This document shows, in pieces, positions 30,286 to 42,255 of a stretch of DNA of 64,000 nucleotides (the stretch's first letter is position 1; each line of letters begins with the position of its first letter). The stretch is taken from contig JAJXZX010000011.1 of assembly GCA_021779835.1 (NCBI GenBank), positions 48,046-112,045 of the forward strand. The letters run 5' to 3'. The translations under genes and the position numbers were made by a program. Source of the DNA: Pseudomonadota bacterium. GTDB lineage: Bacteria; Pseudomonadota; Alphaproteobacteria; Rhodobacterales; Rhodobacteraceae. The notes under the pieces were generated by a model, which did no database searches, had not been told where the DNA came from, and saw only the letters and a list, made by a program, of their open reading frames with translations.

Positions 30286-31725
30286 TTACTCCGCAGCCCA
30301 GCCAGAAATTGCCTTCACTTCCAGGAACTCTTCCAGCCCCCAATGCCCGCCTTCCCGCGCGCGCCCCGAGGCTTTGACCCCTCCAAACGGCGACCCGGCC
30401 CCGCGAGATTGGCCGTTCATTTCAACCATCCCCGACCGCAACCGCCGCGCCATCCGGTTCCGCTTGGCCCCGTCCTGAGATTGAACATAATTGGTCAGCC
30501 CATAAGGCGTATCATTCGCGATCCGCACCGCATCTTCCTCAGTATCGAACGGGATCATCGACAACACGGGCCCAAAGATCTCCTCCCGCTCGATCGTCAT
30601 TCCTGGCACCACATCGGCAAATACGGTGGGCCGCACGAAATACCCGCGGTTCAACCCATCCGGCCGCCCTAGGCCCCCGGCGATCAGCCGCGCGCCTTCG
30701 TCGATGCCCTTCTGGATCATGCCCTGAATCTTGTCGTACTGCATCTGCGACGACACCGGCCCGATATGATTGCCAGCCTCGTGAGCGGAAGCAACCTTCG
30801 TCGCCGCCGCCACCTCGCGCGCAATCTCGATCGCCTGATCGTAGATTGACCGCTCCACCAACATCCGCGTCGGCGCATTACAGCTTTGGCCAGAGTTGTT
30901 GAAGCAATGCTGCACCCCGCGCCGCACCGCCTTTTCATCGGCATCGGCAAACACCACGTTGGCGCCCTTGCCGCCCAGTTCCAGACAGACGCGCTTCAGG
31001 CTGTCCGCCGCCGCCTTGGAAATCGCGATGCCAGCCCGGGTCGAGCCGGTGAAAGAGATCATCTCGACATCCGGATGCGTCGAAAGCTGGCTGCCAACCC
31101 CCATGCCATCGCCGTTGACCATGTTGAAAACACCCGGTGGCAACCCGGCCTCGTCAACAATCTCGGCAAATACCAGCGAGGACAGTGGCGCGATTTCCGA
31201 CGGTTTCAACACCATGGTGCAGCCCGCCAAAATCGCCGGGATCGCCTTCAGCGTGACCTGATTCATCGGCCAGTTCCACGGCGTGATAAGACCGACAACG
31301 CCGATCGGCTCCAACGCGATGCGATCGTTCGGCGCATGGGGCCCAAGCGGCTTGATCCATTCCATCGACTTGAACGCGGTAATGAAATTAGTGATGTGCC
31401 AAGTGCCCGAGGTCGTCTGCGACCGCCGCGCCATGTCTATCGGCGCGCCCATCTCCAGACTGATCGCGCGGCTCATATCCTCGGACCGTTTTTCGTAGAT
31501 CGCGAGGATCTTTTCGACATAAGTCAGCCGTTCCTCTGGGCGCGTTTGCGACCAGCCCAGAAAGGCCGCCTTCGCCGCGGCAACCGCCGCATCGGTGTCC
31601 GCGCGGTCACCCAGCGCAATTGTCGCGCAGACCTCTTCGGTCGAGGGGTCCATCACCTCGCAAGTGCGCGTGCTGACGGGCGCAACCCAAGCGCCGTTGA
31701 TATAGAATTGACGTTCGTGGGACAT
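30286..31725 (-). CDS. NAD(P)-dependent aldehyde dehydrogenase
   Basis: 479 aa, catalytic Cys motif FNSGQSCNAPTR, glutamate motif LELGGKGA. Confidence 0.92.
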   Translation of the reverse strand: MSHERQFYINGAWVAPVSTRTCEVMDPSTEEVCATIALGDRADTDAAVAAAKAAFLGWSQTRPEERLTYVEKILAIYEKRSEDMSRAISLEMGAPIDMARRSQTTSGTWHITNFITAFKSMEWIKPLGPHAPNDRIALEPIGVVGLITPWNWPMNQVTLKAIPAILAGCTMVLKPSEIAPLSSLVFAEIVDEAGLPPGVFNMVNGDGMGVGSQLSTHPDVEMISFTGSTRAGIAISKAAADSLKRVCLELGGKGANVVFADADEKAVRRGVQHCFNNSGQSCNAPTRMLVERSIYDQAIEIAREVAAATKVASAHEAGNHIGPVSSQMQYDKIQGMIQKGIDEGARLIAGGLGRPDGLNRGYFVRPTVFADVVPGMTIEREEIFGPVLSMIPFDTEEDAVRIANDTPYGLTNYVQSQDGAKRNRMARRLRSGMVEMNGQSRGAGSPFGGVKASGRAREGGHWGLEEFLEVKAISGWAAE

Positions 31726-31895
31726 TGGAAGCCTCCTGGAATTCGGCGCACCCTCGCACCGTATAAACGGTGCATCAAGGGGGGTAAATTGATGCGTGTT
31801 GTTGCCGCACGGGGGTGCATCCCGCCAGACAAAGCCCTATCTACTCCGCGACGAGCATAGGTCAAATACGCCAATTCAACGTGAGGACTAACGAC

Positions 31896-32549
31896 ATGGG
31901 ACTGCGCATCAACGACGTCGCGCCGAACTTCACTGCCAACTCGACCGAAGGGCAGATTACGCTGCATGACTGGATCGGCGACAACTACGCCATCCTCTTT
32001 TCGCATCCAAAGGATTTCACGCCCGTTTGCACGACGGAGTTCGGTGCCGTGGCGCAACTTGCCGGTGAACTCGCCAAGCGCAACACCAAGGTCATGGGGA
32101 TTTCGGTCGATAGCGTCGAAGAGCACCTGAAATGGAAGCGTGACATTGAGGCCTTCGCCGGTGTGCCCGCCAATTTCCCGATCATCGACGACACCTCGTT
32201 GGCGGTTGCTAAAGCCTACGACATGTTGCCCGCCGACGCCTATCTTCCCGATGGCCGCACGCCTGCCCACTCAGCGACCGTGCGCACGGTGTTTATCATC
32301 GGGCCGGACAAGAAAATTCGCCTGACGATGACCTATCCGATGTCGGTTGGCCGGAACTTTGCCGAGGTGCTGCGCGCACTGGACGCGGTCCGTGCCACTG
32401 ATGGGGTGCCGGTCGCGACGCCTGCGAACTGGGTTCCGGGGCAAGACGTCATCGTGGCGCTGAGCCTTAATGACGAGCAGGCCAAGGCGAAATTCGGCGC
32501 CATCGACATCGCGCTGCCGTATCTGCGGTTCGCAAAACTGGTGAAGTAA
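31896..32549 (+). CDS. Peroxiredoxin, 1-Cys (Prx6-like)
   Basis: MGLRINDVAPNF...FSHPKDFTPVCTTE carries the peroxidatic Cys motif. An SD GAGGA precedes it. Confidence 0.9.
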   Translation: MGLRINDVAPNFTANSTEGQITLHDWIGDNYAILFSHPKDFTPVCTTEFGAVAQLAGELAKRNTKVMGISVDSVEEHLKWKRDIEAFAGVPANFPIIDDTSLAVAKAYDMLPADAYLPDGRTPAHSATVRTVFIIGPDKKIRLTMTYPMSVGRNFAEVLRALDAVRATDGVPVATPANWVPGQDVIVALSLNDEQAKAKFGAIDIALPYLRFAKLVK

Positions 32550-32607
32550 GGCGCGTAGAAAACGCGTTGCGAAGAGCGGGTGCCGCTCTTCGCAGGCCGA
32601 ATTCTTA

Positions 32608-33852
32608 TCAGCGTGGCGTCGATATTGACGATTGTCCCACACTTTCAACCGCCGTGCCCCCGTTTGATCCGCCACCCGCATTCAGTGGGAAATCGGGCGC
32701 ACGATTAGCGCGGATGGCTTGCGCTTCGCGCAACATCTGGACCGCGATCGGCGCATCGATGCCACGGATCAGGTCGAGTGTGATGTCAGAGGATTTTTCT
32801 TCCTGCCAGATCGGCGTTTTCTTCAGGAATGGGTAATGCTTTTCGCGCATCGTGAACGCGGGCAGTACGTAGCTTGCCCCTTGCGTTGCGACGGCGGTCA
32901 GGATGAACAACTCAACATCCTTCCGGCAGGCGTCGATGCCGACGACGTCAAGCTGTCCAATAAGCTCCGCCCAGACCCTGCGTACAAAGCGCGCCTCGGG
33001 GATGATGAGGTTTCGCATCAGATATTCAAGACGCACCGCAGGCAGCGTCGCCAAATCGGTATCAAGATGGGCGATGTCGCAGGTCTGTGCGTGACTGAAC
33101 CCATGTTTTAACACCCATTGCGTAAGGCCAATCTCACCCCGAGATACCGTTCGTTTCTTGACGTTTGACAGGCGGAACCTCTGCCAGAATTTCAGGAACG
33201 CAGGGTGGGACGTAATCGTATTGGCGTAGCCAAGCGCGAACGAGCAGTAGTGAAACCGCCGCCGATTGACCGAGTAATCCCAACGCATCTTGTTGTAGCG
33301 GTCCGCCGGAACCTTGGTCACGCAATAGTTTGACACGGCGGCGCCAAGGTCAGTGCCGAGAGCCTCCATCTGAGCAAGCCAGTCCCCGGTGCCGGGGAGG
33401 GGAAACCAGTTGGAGTCGTTGAGTAGGACCAGACGCTCAAGCTTGGGAAGCTTTTGGGCAATCGACAATACGCCGTCGCGATAGCCGCCGAAGTCATAGC
33501 CGAAATTCTCGCGTTCGATGTAGCGCCAGCAGCGGTCCAGAACGATTGCGCGATCAGCATCGGATAGCGGCACGTTGGAAACGACAAGTGGCGCATAGCC
33601 CGCGTTTTGAAGGTAATCGAGCGCCCAGAGGTGCGAGGCGAGAACGCCAGAGGACGGAAAGATCAGATAGATCGCAATTCGAGGAGTCTCGGCGACCTTG
33701 CCGTCAAATTCCTTTTTCTTGCGCGCCAGAACCAGATCGTAATACGGGCGCGCCAGCAGGTAGGACGTGATGAATTCCGGCGACCCGGTAATCTGTCGAC
33801 CCAGACGTCGAAGTTCCCGTTTCAAGACATATGAAAGGGGTCTGCCCATCAC
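32608..33852 (-). CDS. Putative polysaccharide biosynthesis glycosyltransferase (rhamnan synthesis protein F-like)
   Basis: 414 aa. YLIFPSSGVLASHLWALDYLQ...YDFGGYRDG resembles the RgpF family. Weak call from recall only. Confidence 0.4.
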   Translation of the reverse strand: MMGRPLSYVLKRELRRLGRQITGSPEFITSYLLARPYYDLVLARKKKEFDGKVAETPRIAIYLIFPSSGVLASHLWALDYLQNAGYAPLVVSNVPLSDADRAIVLDRCWRYIERENFGYDFGGYRDGVLSIAQKLPKLERLVLLNDSNWFPLPGTGDWLAQMEALGTDLGAAVSNYCVTKVPADRYNKMRWDYSVNRRRFHYCSFALGYANTITSHPAFLKFWQRFRLSNVKKRTVSRGEIGLTQWVLKHGFSHAQTCDIAHLDTDLATLPAVRLEYLMRNLIIPEARFVRRVWAELIGQLDVVGIDACRKDVELFILTAVATQGASYVLPAFTMREKHYPFLKKTPIWQEEKSSDITLDLIRGIDAPIAVQMLREAQAIRANRAPDFPLNAGGGSNGGTAVESVGQSSISTPR

Positions 33853-33888
33853 GCTCTGCCACCAACAATTTCTGCTGGAGGTTCGTTA

Positions 33889-34767
33889 TCAGAGTGGAGT
33901 CTTGGTGCCAACCCGCGACGGTTTGCGTGCGCTTAGCACGCCGCGAAGAAAGGCCCATTGTTTCGCCCGCTTGCGCGCCGACAGCAGGAGGACGGGCGAG
34001 GCGAGTTGCGCCAGCGCCGAGGCTACTGACGTTAGGAACGGTGCGGGGCGTGCATGTTTGCGCATGGTGTAAACCCGGCTCCGCCCCATGTGCCACGCCT
34101 TCAGCGCGGCGATTTCTGGGCTGCGCACCGAGGATTGTCCTGCAAGATGCTGCACCAGAGCGCCCCGGACGAACATGATCGGCCCCCGCTCGGCGCGGAG
34201 GCGGCGGCTGAGGTCGTCGTCTTCGTGATACAGAAAGATCGCCGGGTCAAAGCCGCCAACCGCGTCGAAGTCCACGCGCCGCACGAAAAGTGCGGCACCC
34301 GATAGCACCGTTACCTCGGTATCGGAGGTCGGCCATCCCCGCGCCATGCGTTCGGCGCGCCGCATCAGGTGGCTGTGGCGCTTGAAACTGGCGCTTCCGT
34401 CGGCTTCAGCGATACGCGGATTCATCGCAGAGGCCCTGGGAAAACGTTCGGCGGCCGCGACCAGTTCGATCAGCGTGTCAGGCGCCAAAGTGGCGTCTGG
34501 ATTGAGAAACAGCAGGAATTCGGTGTCGGCAACCGCCGCGCCTTGGTTGCAAGCGACGCCAAAGCCCAGATTCTTGGGATTGGCAATGAGGCGTGCGCCG
34601 TGGTGATCGGCGAGGGCCGCCGTTTCAGCGGCTTGCGTTGTAGAGTTGTCGACTATCACCACCTGTGCACCAGCGGGCACGGATGCAAGCATGGCGGGCA
34701 GAACGGCCATGCTGTTAAAGGTCACCGAAATGATGGTGACACGCGCATTCGGGGACTGATCGGGCAT
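33889..34767 (-). CDS. Glycosyltransferase family 2
   Basis: VTIISVTFNSMAVLPAMLASV...VIVDNSTTQ and a DxD-like FLNPDA are GT2-like. The start is taken at MPDQSPN. Confidence 0.75.
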   Translation of the reverse strand: MPDQSPNARVTIISVTFNSMAVLPAMLASVPAGAQVVIVDNSTTQAAETAALADHHGARLIANPKNLGFGVACNQGAAVADTEFLLFLNPDATLAPDTLIELVAAAERFPRASAMNPRIAEADGSASFKRHSHLMRRAERMARGWPTSDTEVTVLSGAALFVRRVDFDAVGGFDPAIFLYHEDDDLSRRLRAERGPIMFVRGALVQHLAGQSSVRSPEIAALKAWHMGRSRVYTMRKHARPAPFLTSVASALAQLASPVLLLSARKRAKQWAFLRGVLSARKPSRVGTKTPL

Positions 34768-34783
34768 TCTGGCTCCGGCAAAG

Positions 34784-34820
34784 GTCAAAATGGAAAGCCC
34801 GGACACTGAAGTGCCCGGGC
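34784..34820 (-). terminator. Rho-independent terminator downstream of pnp
   Basis: On the minus strand GCCCGGGCAC-ttca-GTGTCCGGGC is followed by TTTCCATTTTG. It lies 27 nt after the pnp stop. Confidence 0.6.
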
Positions 34821-34846
34821 AATCTTGTGTCATCGCACGCGGCGGA

Positions 34847-36985
<2,139 letters not shown>

Positions 36986-37125
36986 GTCATTTCCTAGCTT
37001 GGCCGAGGGACCCTCCCCCAGCCCTGATTGCGTACGGGCCGCATTGCCCGTGGTTCCTTCTCTTTCCTCCTGCCGTCCCCATGGAGCCCGGTGGGGTGGC
37101 CATCATCGCGGGCTTACCCGCAATC

Positions 37126-37166
37126 CGAAAAGAAGACGCGCCCAAAGCCGTGGCTTGAGGCGCGTC
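37126..37166 (-). terminator. rpsO terminator / pnp leader hairpin
   Basis: On the minus strand GGACGCGCC...GGCGCGTC is followed by TTCTTTTCGG. It lies between the rpsO stop and the pnp start, analogous to the attenuating hairpin of other bacteria. Confidence 0.55.
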
Positions 37167-37172
37167 CTTTGG

Positions 37173-37442
37173 TCAGCGGCGCAGGGCCAAACGCTCGATA
37201 AGCGAGGCGTAGCGGCCTTCGTCCTTGCCCTTGAGATAGTCCAGCAACTTACGACGCTGTGCGACCATCATCAGAAGCCCACGGCGGGAATGGTTATCCT
37301 TTTTGTGGGCTTTGAAGTGTTCGGTCAGCGTAGCAATCCGCGAGCTGAGGATAGCGACCTGAACTTCGGGCGAACCGGTGTCGCCTTCCTTGGTCGCATA
37401 TTCCTTGATGACGCGGGCTTTCTCTTCGACGGTAATCGACAT
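37173..37442 (-). CDS. rpsO: 30S ribosomal protein S15
   Basis: 89 aa, canonical S15 sequence ([14 protein letters not shown]...[10 protein letters not shown]). Confidence 0.97.
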   Translation of the reverse strand: MSITVEEKARVIKEYATKEGDTGSPEVQVAILSSRIATLTEHFKAHKKDNHSRRGLLMMVAQRRKLLDYLKGKDEGRYASLIERLALRR

Positions 37443-37782
37443 CGGGGTCTCCTTTTCAAAGGGGTGATGGCGCAGGCCGGGATGTCGTCCAGCAGGGCCC
37501 GTGGAGTATCAGCCAAGTGCGGCGGATGCGCGCGTATAGGGGAAAAACCCTAAAAAGGAAAGAAAGAAATCTGGTGCGGTCTCCCGCGCCTCTTAGGCGC
37601 GCGCGCGCCCATCGCACTGTCAAATCGGCACAGTTTTCGTGTGGGCTCAAACCCAGAACATCGCGCCGCAGTGCCATTATTATGCCACGATCAAATAATA
37701 TAATCGTTGAATAACAAATAGTTAACCTGAAATATGGTTAATGGTTCTGCCCAGGGGTGGGCGTGGTGTGGAGTGTGGGAAA

Positions 37783-39285
37783 ATGCTGGCGCTATTGGGG
37801 CTGATGGGTGTGGTGATGGTTGGGACGCTTTTCGAAGGGTCATCTTCGACGGCCGATCACGAAAGCGATGGCTCGACGAATGCGAGCGACCCGAGCGGTT
37901 CGGGTGACGCCACGCAGGATGCCGGAACAACGGCGTCGATCGAGGATTTTATGCATTTGACGGATGATCCCCTTGCGGCAAGCAATCTGTCGCATTCGGC
38001 GGATGATAGCGGTGCGGCGCCCGACGCCGGACACGAGGACAGCGCAGCGGTTGGTCACGATCCGTCGAGCGCCACTACACACGCGCAGGACGTATCCGAT
38101 CATACAGCCTCCGCGGATGCGCCCCATGACCAGAGCAGCGCGCATGCAGGACCTTCCGTCACCGGCAGCGGCACACTTGGCCCAACCGATCCAAGCCAGA
38201 CTTTTGGTGCCCCCGGCCCGAGCACAGAGGGCGGCGGCACCTTGCATCCCGTTGATCCCGCGCTGCCGACGGTTTCACCTGCGAACAGCACCAATACGGC
38301 GCCTTTGCAGCCGACAGACCCCGCACAGCAGACGACCTCTGGTTTCAACGCTTGCGAGCCGGTGCTGGAGCCGGTCGACCCGTCGCTTCCAACCGGCGGC
38401 ATTGATAGCAGTTCCGGTGCGACGGCGCTTGCTCCGACCGATCCCTCGCAAACCTTTGGCGATACCCATACCGACGATCCCAACGCCCCCGACCATGCCC
38501 CGTCAGAGCCCCAGTCGCTGGAGGGCGCCGATTCCGTGACGGGTGGTGGGGGCAACGATGCAATATCAGGCCATTTCGGCAATGATGCGCTCAATGGCGG
38601 CGCAGGGGCGGACACCATCCACGGCGACGGCGGCGACGATGCGTTGCGCGGGGCAGGGGGGCATGACGAACTGCACGGCGATGCTGGAAATGATCACCTT
38701 TTCGGCGGGCGTGGAAACGATACCCTTGCCGGGCATGAGGGTGACGACATCCTGCATGGCGGCGCCGGAAGGGACAGTCTGCTGGGCGGTGAGGGCGATG
38801 ATACCCTGCATGGCGGTGCAGGCGACGATGCGTTGCAGGGCAACGCCGGCAATGATGTTTTGGCGGCTGGCGCGGGGCACGACACGCTTTTCGGTGGCGA
38901 TGGCAGCGACAGGTTGGACGGTGTGACCCATGATGGTACAGGCCCGGGTGGCGCGGATTATCTCAATGGCGGCGCGGGGGACGATTCCCTGCTCATCGGG
39001 ACCGGCGACCATGCCAGCGGTGGTGACGGGGCCGACACCTTCCAGCTTGGCGATTGGATCGCGCCCGGCGATACGGCGAGCATCCATGATTTTGACGGCG
39101 CCACCGACCGAATTTTGGTGGAATACGATCCCGCCGCCCATCCCAACCCCGTCCTAACGATCGAGCCGGGGGGCCGTGATGGTTCGGTCTATGTCACGCT
39201 CGACGGTGAACATCTCGCGCAGGTGATCGGCGGGCACGGGTTGACGACGTCGTCCATCGATCTGGTGGCGGGGCTGTCAGGTTGA
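37783..39285 (+). CDS. RTX-like calcium-binding repeat protein (hemolysin-type GGxGxDxUx nonapeptides)
   Basis: More than 15 tandem nonapeptide repeats (GGAGADTIHGDGGDDALRGAGGHDELHGDAGNDHLFGG...). The N-terminal half is Ser/Asp/Pro-rich with internal repeats (LxPTDPSQTFG twice, PVDPxLPT twice). The start is taken at MLALLGLMGVVMV. The upstream region is AT-rich. Confidence 0.75.
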   Translation: MLALLGLMGVVMVGTLFEGSSSTADHESDGSTNASDPSGSGDATQDAGTTASIEDFMHLTDDPLAASNLSHSADDSGAAPDAGHEDSAAVGHDPSSATTHAQDVSDHTASADAPHDQSSAHAGPSVTGSGTLGPTDPSQTFGAPGPSTEGGGTLHPVDPALPTVSPANSTNTAPLQPTDPAQQTTSGFNACEPVLEPVDPSLPTGGIDSSSGATALAPTDPSQTFGDTHTDDPNAPDHAPSEPQSLEGADSVTGGGGNDAISGHFGNDALNGGAGADTIHGDGGDDALRGAGGHDELHGDAGNDHLFGGRGNDTLAGHEGDDILHGGAGRDSLLGGEGDDTLHGGAGDDALQGNAGNDVLAAGAGHDTLFGGDGSDRLDGVTHDGTGPGGADYLNGGAGDDSLLIGTGDHASGGDGADTFQLGDWIAPGDTASIHDFDGATDRILVEYDPAAHPNPVLTIEPGGRDGSVYVTLDGEHLAQVIGGHGLTTSSIDLVAGLSG

Positions 39286-40176
39286 GGTCATTCCAAAAAA
39301 CGGAAGGTAGCCGGCAAGAACGGCCTCAGGATTTTCCTCCATCATGAAATGCCCGCTGTTGCACGAGGCATCAGTGACGGTCTCGGCCCAGTCCTTCCAG
39401 ATCGCGCCGGGCCTGCCGGTACGTGACGGGAATCCTCCATTTGCCCACAGGAAATGCAGCGGTGCCCTGATGCGGTTCCCTGCGCTGCGGTCTGCCTGGT
39501 CTGCGGCACGGTCGAACGTCGCACCGGCGCGATAATCGGCGCACATCGCGGCGATGCGGGCCGGATCGCGGGACTGTGCGCGGTAACTTTCCAGCGACTC
39601 TGCCGGGAAGGGGGTCAGCGATTTTTCCAGTGTCCAGCTTTGCAGGGTCCAGTCGATGTAGGCAACAGGGTCCGCGTTGATCATCCGCTCGGGCAACGGG
39701 GCAGGCTGTGCGAGGAAGGTCCAGTGATAGGCCGCCATACCAAGATCCGCGTTCCAGTTCGCCCAATATTCGGCCGTTGGCAGGATTTCGAGGATGCCCA
39801 GCTTCGTCACCCGCTCTGGCATGTCGAGCGCCAGTCGGTAGGCAACCCGAGCGCCACGGTCGTGGCCAAGGATGGCGGCGCGGTCGATGCCGAGGCTGTC
39901 CATCAAGGCCGCAATATCCTGCGCCATTGTCCGCTTGGAATAAACCGAATGCGCGGCATCGTCAGCGGGCGCGTCGCTTTCGCCATATCCGCGCAGATCC
40001 GGGATGATGACGCGGAAATGTCGCGCGAATTCGGGTGCGACAAGGGCCCAGGTCATGCCGTTTTGCGGGTAGCCGTGCAGCAGGACCAACGGCGCGCCCT
40101 TGCCTGCCATCTGCACCGAAAGGGTGATCCCATTCGCCGCGATCCGGTGGCGGGTGAAGCCTGATATGGTGGGCAT
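39277..40176 (-). CDS. Alpha/beta hydrolase (haloacetate dehalogenase / epoxide hydrolase-like)
   Basis: LLHGYPQNGMTW, nucleophile elbow GHDRGARVA, C-terminal His. Confidence 0.8.
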   Translation of the reverse strand: MPTISGFTRHRIAANGITLSVQMAGKGAPLVLLHGYPQNGMTWALVAPEFARHFRVIIPDLRGYGESDAPADDAAHSVYSKRTMAQDIAALMDSLGIDRAAILGHDRGARVAYRLALDMPERVTKLGILEILPTAEYWANWNADLGMAAYHWTFLAQPAPLPERMINADPVAYIDWTLQSWTLEKSLTPFPAESLESYRAQSRDPARIAAMCADYRAGATFDRAADQADRSAGNRIRAPLHFLWANGGFPSRTGRPGAIWKDWAETVTDASCNSGHFMMEENPEAVLAGYLPFFGMTST

Positions 40177-40185
40177 GGAGCCTCC

Positions 40186-40692
40186 TTACGGCCAAAGTTC
40201 GGGTTGGCGATCGTAGCTGATATACAGCGGATGCTTGGGTTGACCGGCTTGGGTCAGGCCAAGGTGATAGAGCGGAAGGCCGGTTGCCCGCAGCAGCGCC
40301 TCCATCTTGGCCCCGCGATCAAGGTGGGCACCGTGGCTGCCCCAAGCACAGACGATGCGGTCGGCCCAGCGGGTGCTGTCGAGGATGGCGGCATCGTTTT
40401 CCGGCCCGACCGGATCCGCCGCCGCGCGCATCTTCTTGGGGTCGGTGTCGCGCCAGGCGAAGATATTGCAGACCCGGAAGGCGCCAAATCCAAGCGCCCG
40501 CGCCCGCCTTTCGCAACGCTCTACCGTGGGGTCATTTTGAACCTCCGTCGCGGTGGAGGGGTTCAGCATTATGAAAAGCGCGCGTTTTCCGGTTGTGTCC
40601 CAGATTCGGGTCAGCAGGTAGCGATAGCGTTCGCAATCCGAATAGACGGCGGTTGAGGGGGCGTCGCCTTTGGTGTGGGTTCGGGTGATCAT
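40186..40692 (-). CDS. DUF1643 domain protein
   Basis: YRYLLTRIWD...LFIMLNPSTA is characteristic of DUF1643 (PF07799). The start is taken at MITRTHTKG. Confidence 0.6.
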   Translation of the reverse strand: MITRTHTKGDAPSTAVYSDCERYRYLLTRIWDTTGKRALFIMLNPSTATEVQNDPTVERCERRARALGFGAFRVCNIFAWRDTDPKKMRAAADPVGPENDAAILDSTRWADRIVCAWGSHGAHLDRGAKMEALLRATGLPLYHLGLTQAGQPKHPLYISYDRQPELWP

Positions 40693-40979
40693 CGGGGAAT
40701 CTTGGCGGCTTCCGGAGGGGGGCGCAAGCGGGGAATTTTGGTGGGAAGAGGGATGAAATGGGGGTATTGCGCTGTGCAGCACTTGGATAAGTTATTGATT
40801 GAAAAAGAAAGTGAAAATTTTTTAACCGAATTCTAACCCCTTGAAACGCCGTTGGTTTTGGGTGGTGACGTGGTGCTGATCGTCGCTCAGGCCGAGGAAC
40901 GGAGGCAATGCGGGACTTTGCTGTCCTTACGGTGTATCGTCCAGCAAGTAGCTATGGGCCACAGGACAAGGAACCGCCG

Positions 40980-41438
40980 ATGCCTATGCCATGGACCTAT
41001 CGCCATGCGTCGAAGGAATGGCGCGCGATCTTGGACGATCTGAAAGAGCGCATGGGTCTTGTTTCGGACAACACGGCCTATACCGCGTTGGATGGTGTGT
41101 TGCAGGTGTTTCGCTGCCGCCTCACCGCGCAGCAAGGGTTGGATTTTGCGACGGTTCTGCCTTCGATCCCACGGGCGATTTTTGTCGCCGGGTGGCAGAT
41201 TGCCGATCAGCCCTTGCCGTTTGGGGACCGGACCGCGCTGACGCGGGACGTCAAAGCGGTTCGGCAAAACCATAATCTGACGCCGGATAATGCCATTGAG
41301 GCGGTGGCCTCGACCCTTCGCCGTTACACTGACAAAGCAGATTTGGAGCGAGTTCTGGCGCGTTTGCCGGAGGGTGCGGTTCAGTTCTGGTATGTCGATG
41401 TTGCAGATCCGCGAGAGATCGAGCCGAGGATCTTTTGA
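40980..41438 (+). CDS. DUF2267 domain protein
   Basis: Tandem DUF2267-like halves (AYTALDGVLQVFRCRLTAQQGLDFATVLPS / AIEAVASTLRRYTDKADLERVLARLPEG). The start is taken at MPMPWTY. Confidence 0.55.
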   Translation: MPMPWTYRHASKEWRAILDDLKERMGLVSDNTAYTALDGVLQVFRCRLTAQQGLDFATVLPSIPRAIFVAGWQIADQPLPFGDRTALTRDVKAVRQNHNLTPDNAIEAVASTLRRYTDKADLERVLARLPEGAVQFWYVDVADPREIEPRIF

Positions 41439-41604
41439 GCGCGCGGCCCTGTGTTGCGCTATCCTCCATGGGCGCCAACTTGCCCTTGGCCGCACTTTGC
41501 GCGACCAATGAGGCCCGCGGCAGGCCTTGAGAAATGAGTATTTAGGCCAAGAAGATGTCAGGAGGCGTTGACAGGTGGTGCGTGGGGGTTTCAGGGTTTG
41601 AGCC

Positions 41605-42162
41605 ATGAACCAGAGACCTGATATCCATGATCGACTCGCGGCGTCGCTGAAGGCGGCGCGACGTTCCAAGGGGTTGAGCCTTGATGCGGTGGCGAAGCTT
41701 TCGGGGGTCAGCCGCTCGATGGTCAGCCAGATTGAGCGGGGCGAGTCGAGCCCGACGGTGGCGACGCTGTGGAACCTGACGCAGGCGTTGCAGGTGGATT
41801 TCGCGGGGCTTCTGGAGGGGCGCGAGGCACCGGGGATCGAGGTGATCCGGGCGGGGGCGGCGCCGACTATTGCGGGGCGCGGCACCGGCGTGCGTATCCG
41901 CATCCTGAGCGCGCCCGAGGCGGCAGGGGAGCATGAGGTCTATGATCTGTCCTTTGCCGCCGGTGGTGCGTTGGTCAGCGAGCCGCATTCGCCTGGTTGC
42001 CGCGAGCATCTGACAGTGATCGAGGGGCATCTTTCGGTGCGGTCGGGCGAGGATGAAAGCGACCTCGGCCCCGGGGATACGGCGCGCTATGCCGCCGACC
42101 GGCCGCATGAGATCCGGGCTGAGGGTGCTGCCCGGGCGTTGTTGATTGTGCAGAACAGTTAA
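41605..42162 (+). CDS. XRE-family HTH transcriptional regulator with C-terminal cupin domain
   Basis: The HTH LSLDAVAKLSGVSRSMVSQIERGESSPTVATLWNLTQAL is followed by a cupin fold. It lies immediately upstream of kbl-tdh. Confidence 0.8.
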   Translation: MNQRPDIHDRLAASLKAARRSKGLSLDAVAKLSGVSRSMVSQIERGESSPTVATLWNLTQALQVDFAGLLEGREAPGIEVIRAGAAPTIAGRGTGVRIRILSAPEAAGEHEVYDLSFAAGGALVSEPHSPGCREHLTVIEGHLSVRSGEDESDLGPGDTARYAADRPHEIRAEGAARALLIVQNS

Positions 42163-42255
42163 GGTGGAAATCCGTAATGACGGACGGTGATCCGCTATCT
42201 TGACGAATGGCGGGCTTGCTGGCATCATATCCGTCAAAACGGAGATTTGTCTGTC

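Noticed and set aside
37783-39285. RTX protein as part of a complete type I secretion/toxin locus
   Set aside because: No ABC transporter, membrane-fusion protein or acyltransferase genes are adjacent. It is treated as a stand-alone Ca-binding repeat protein.
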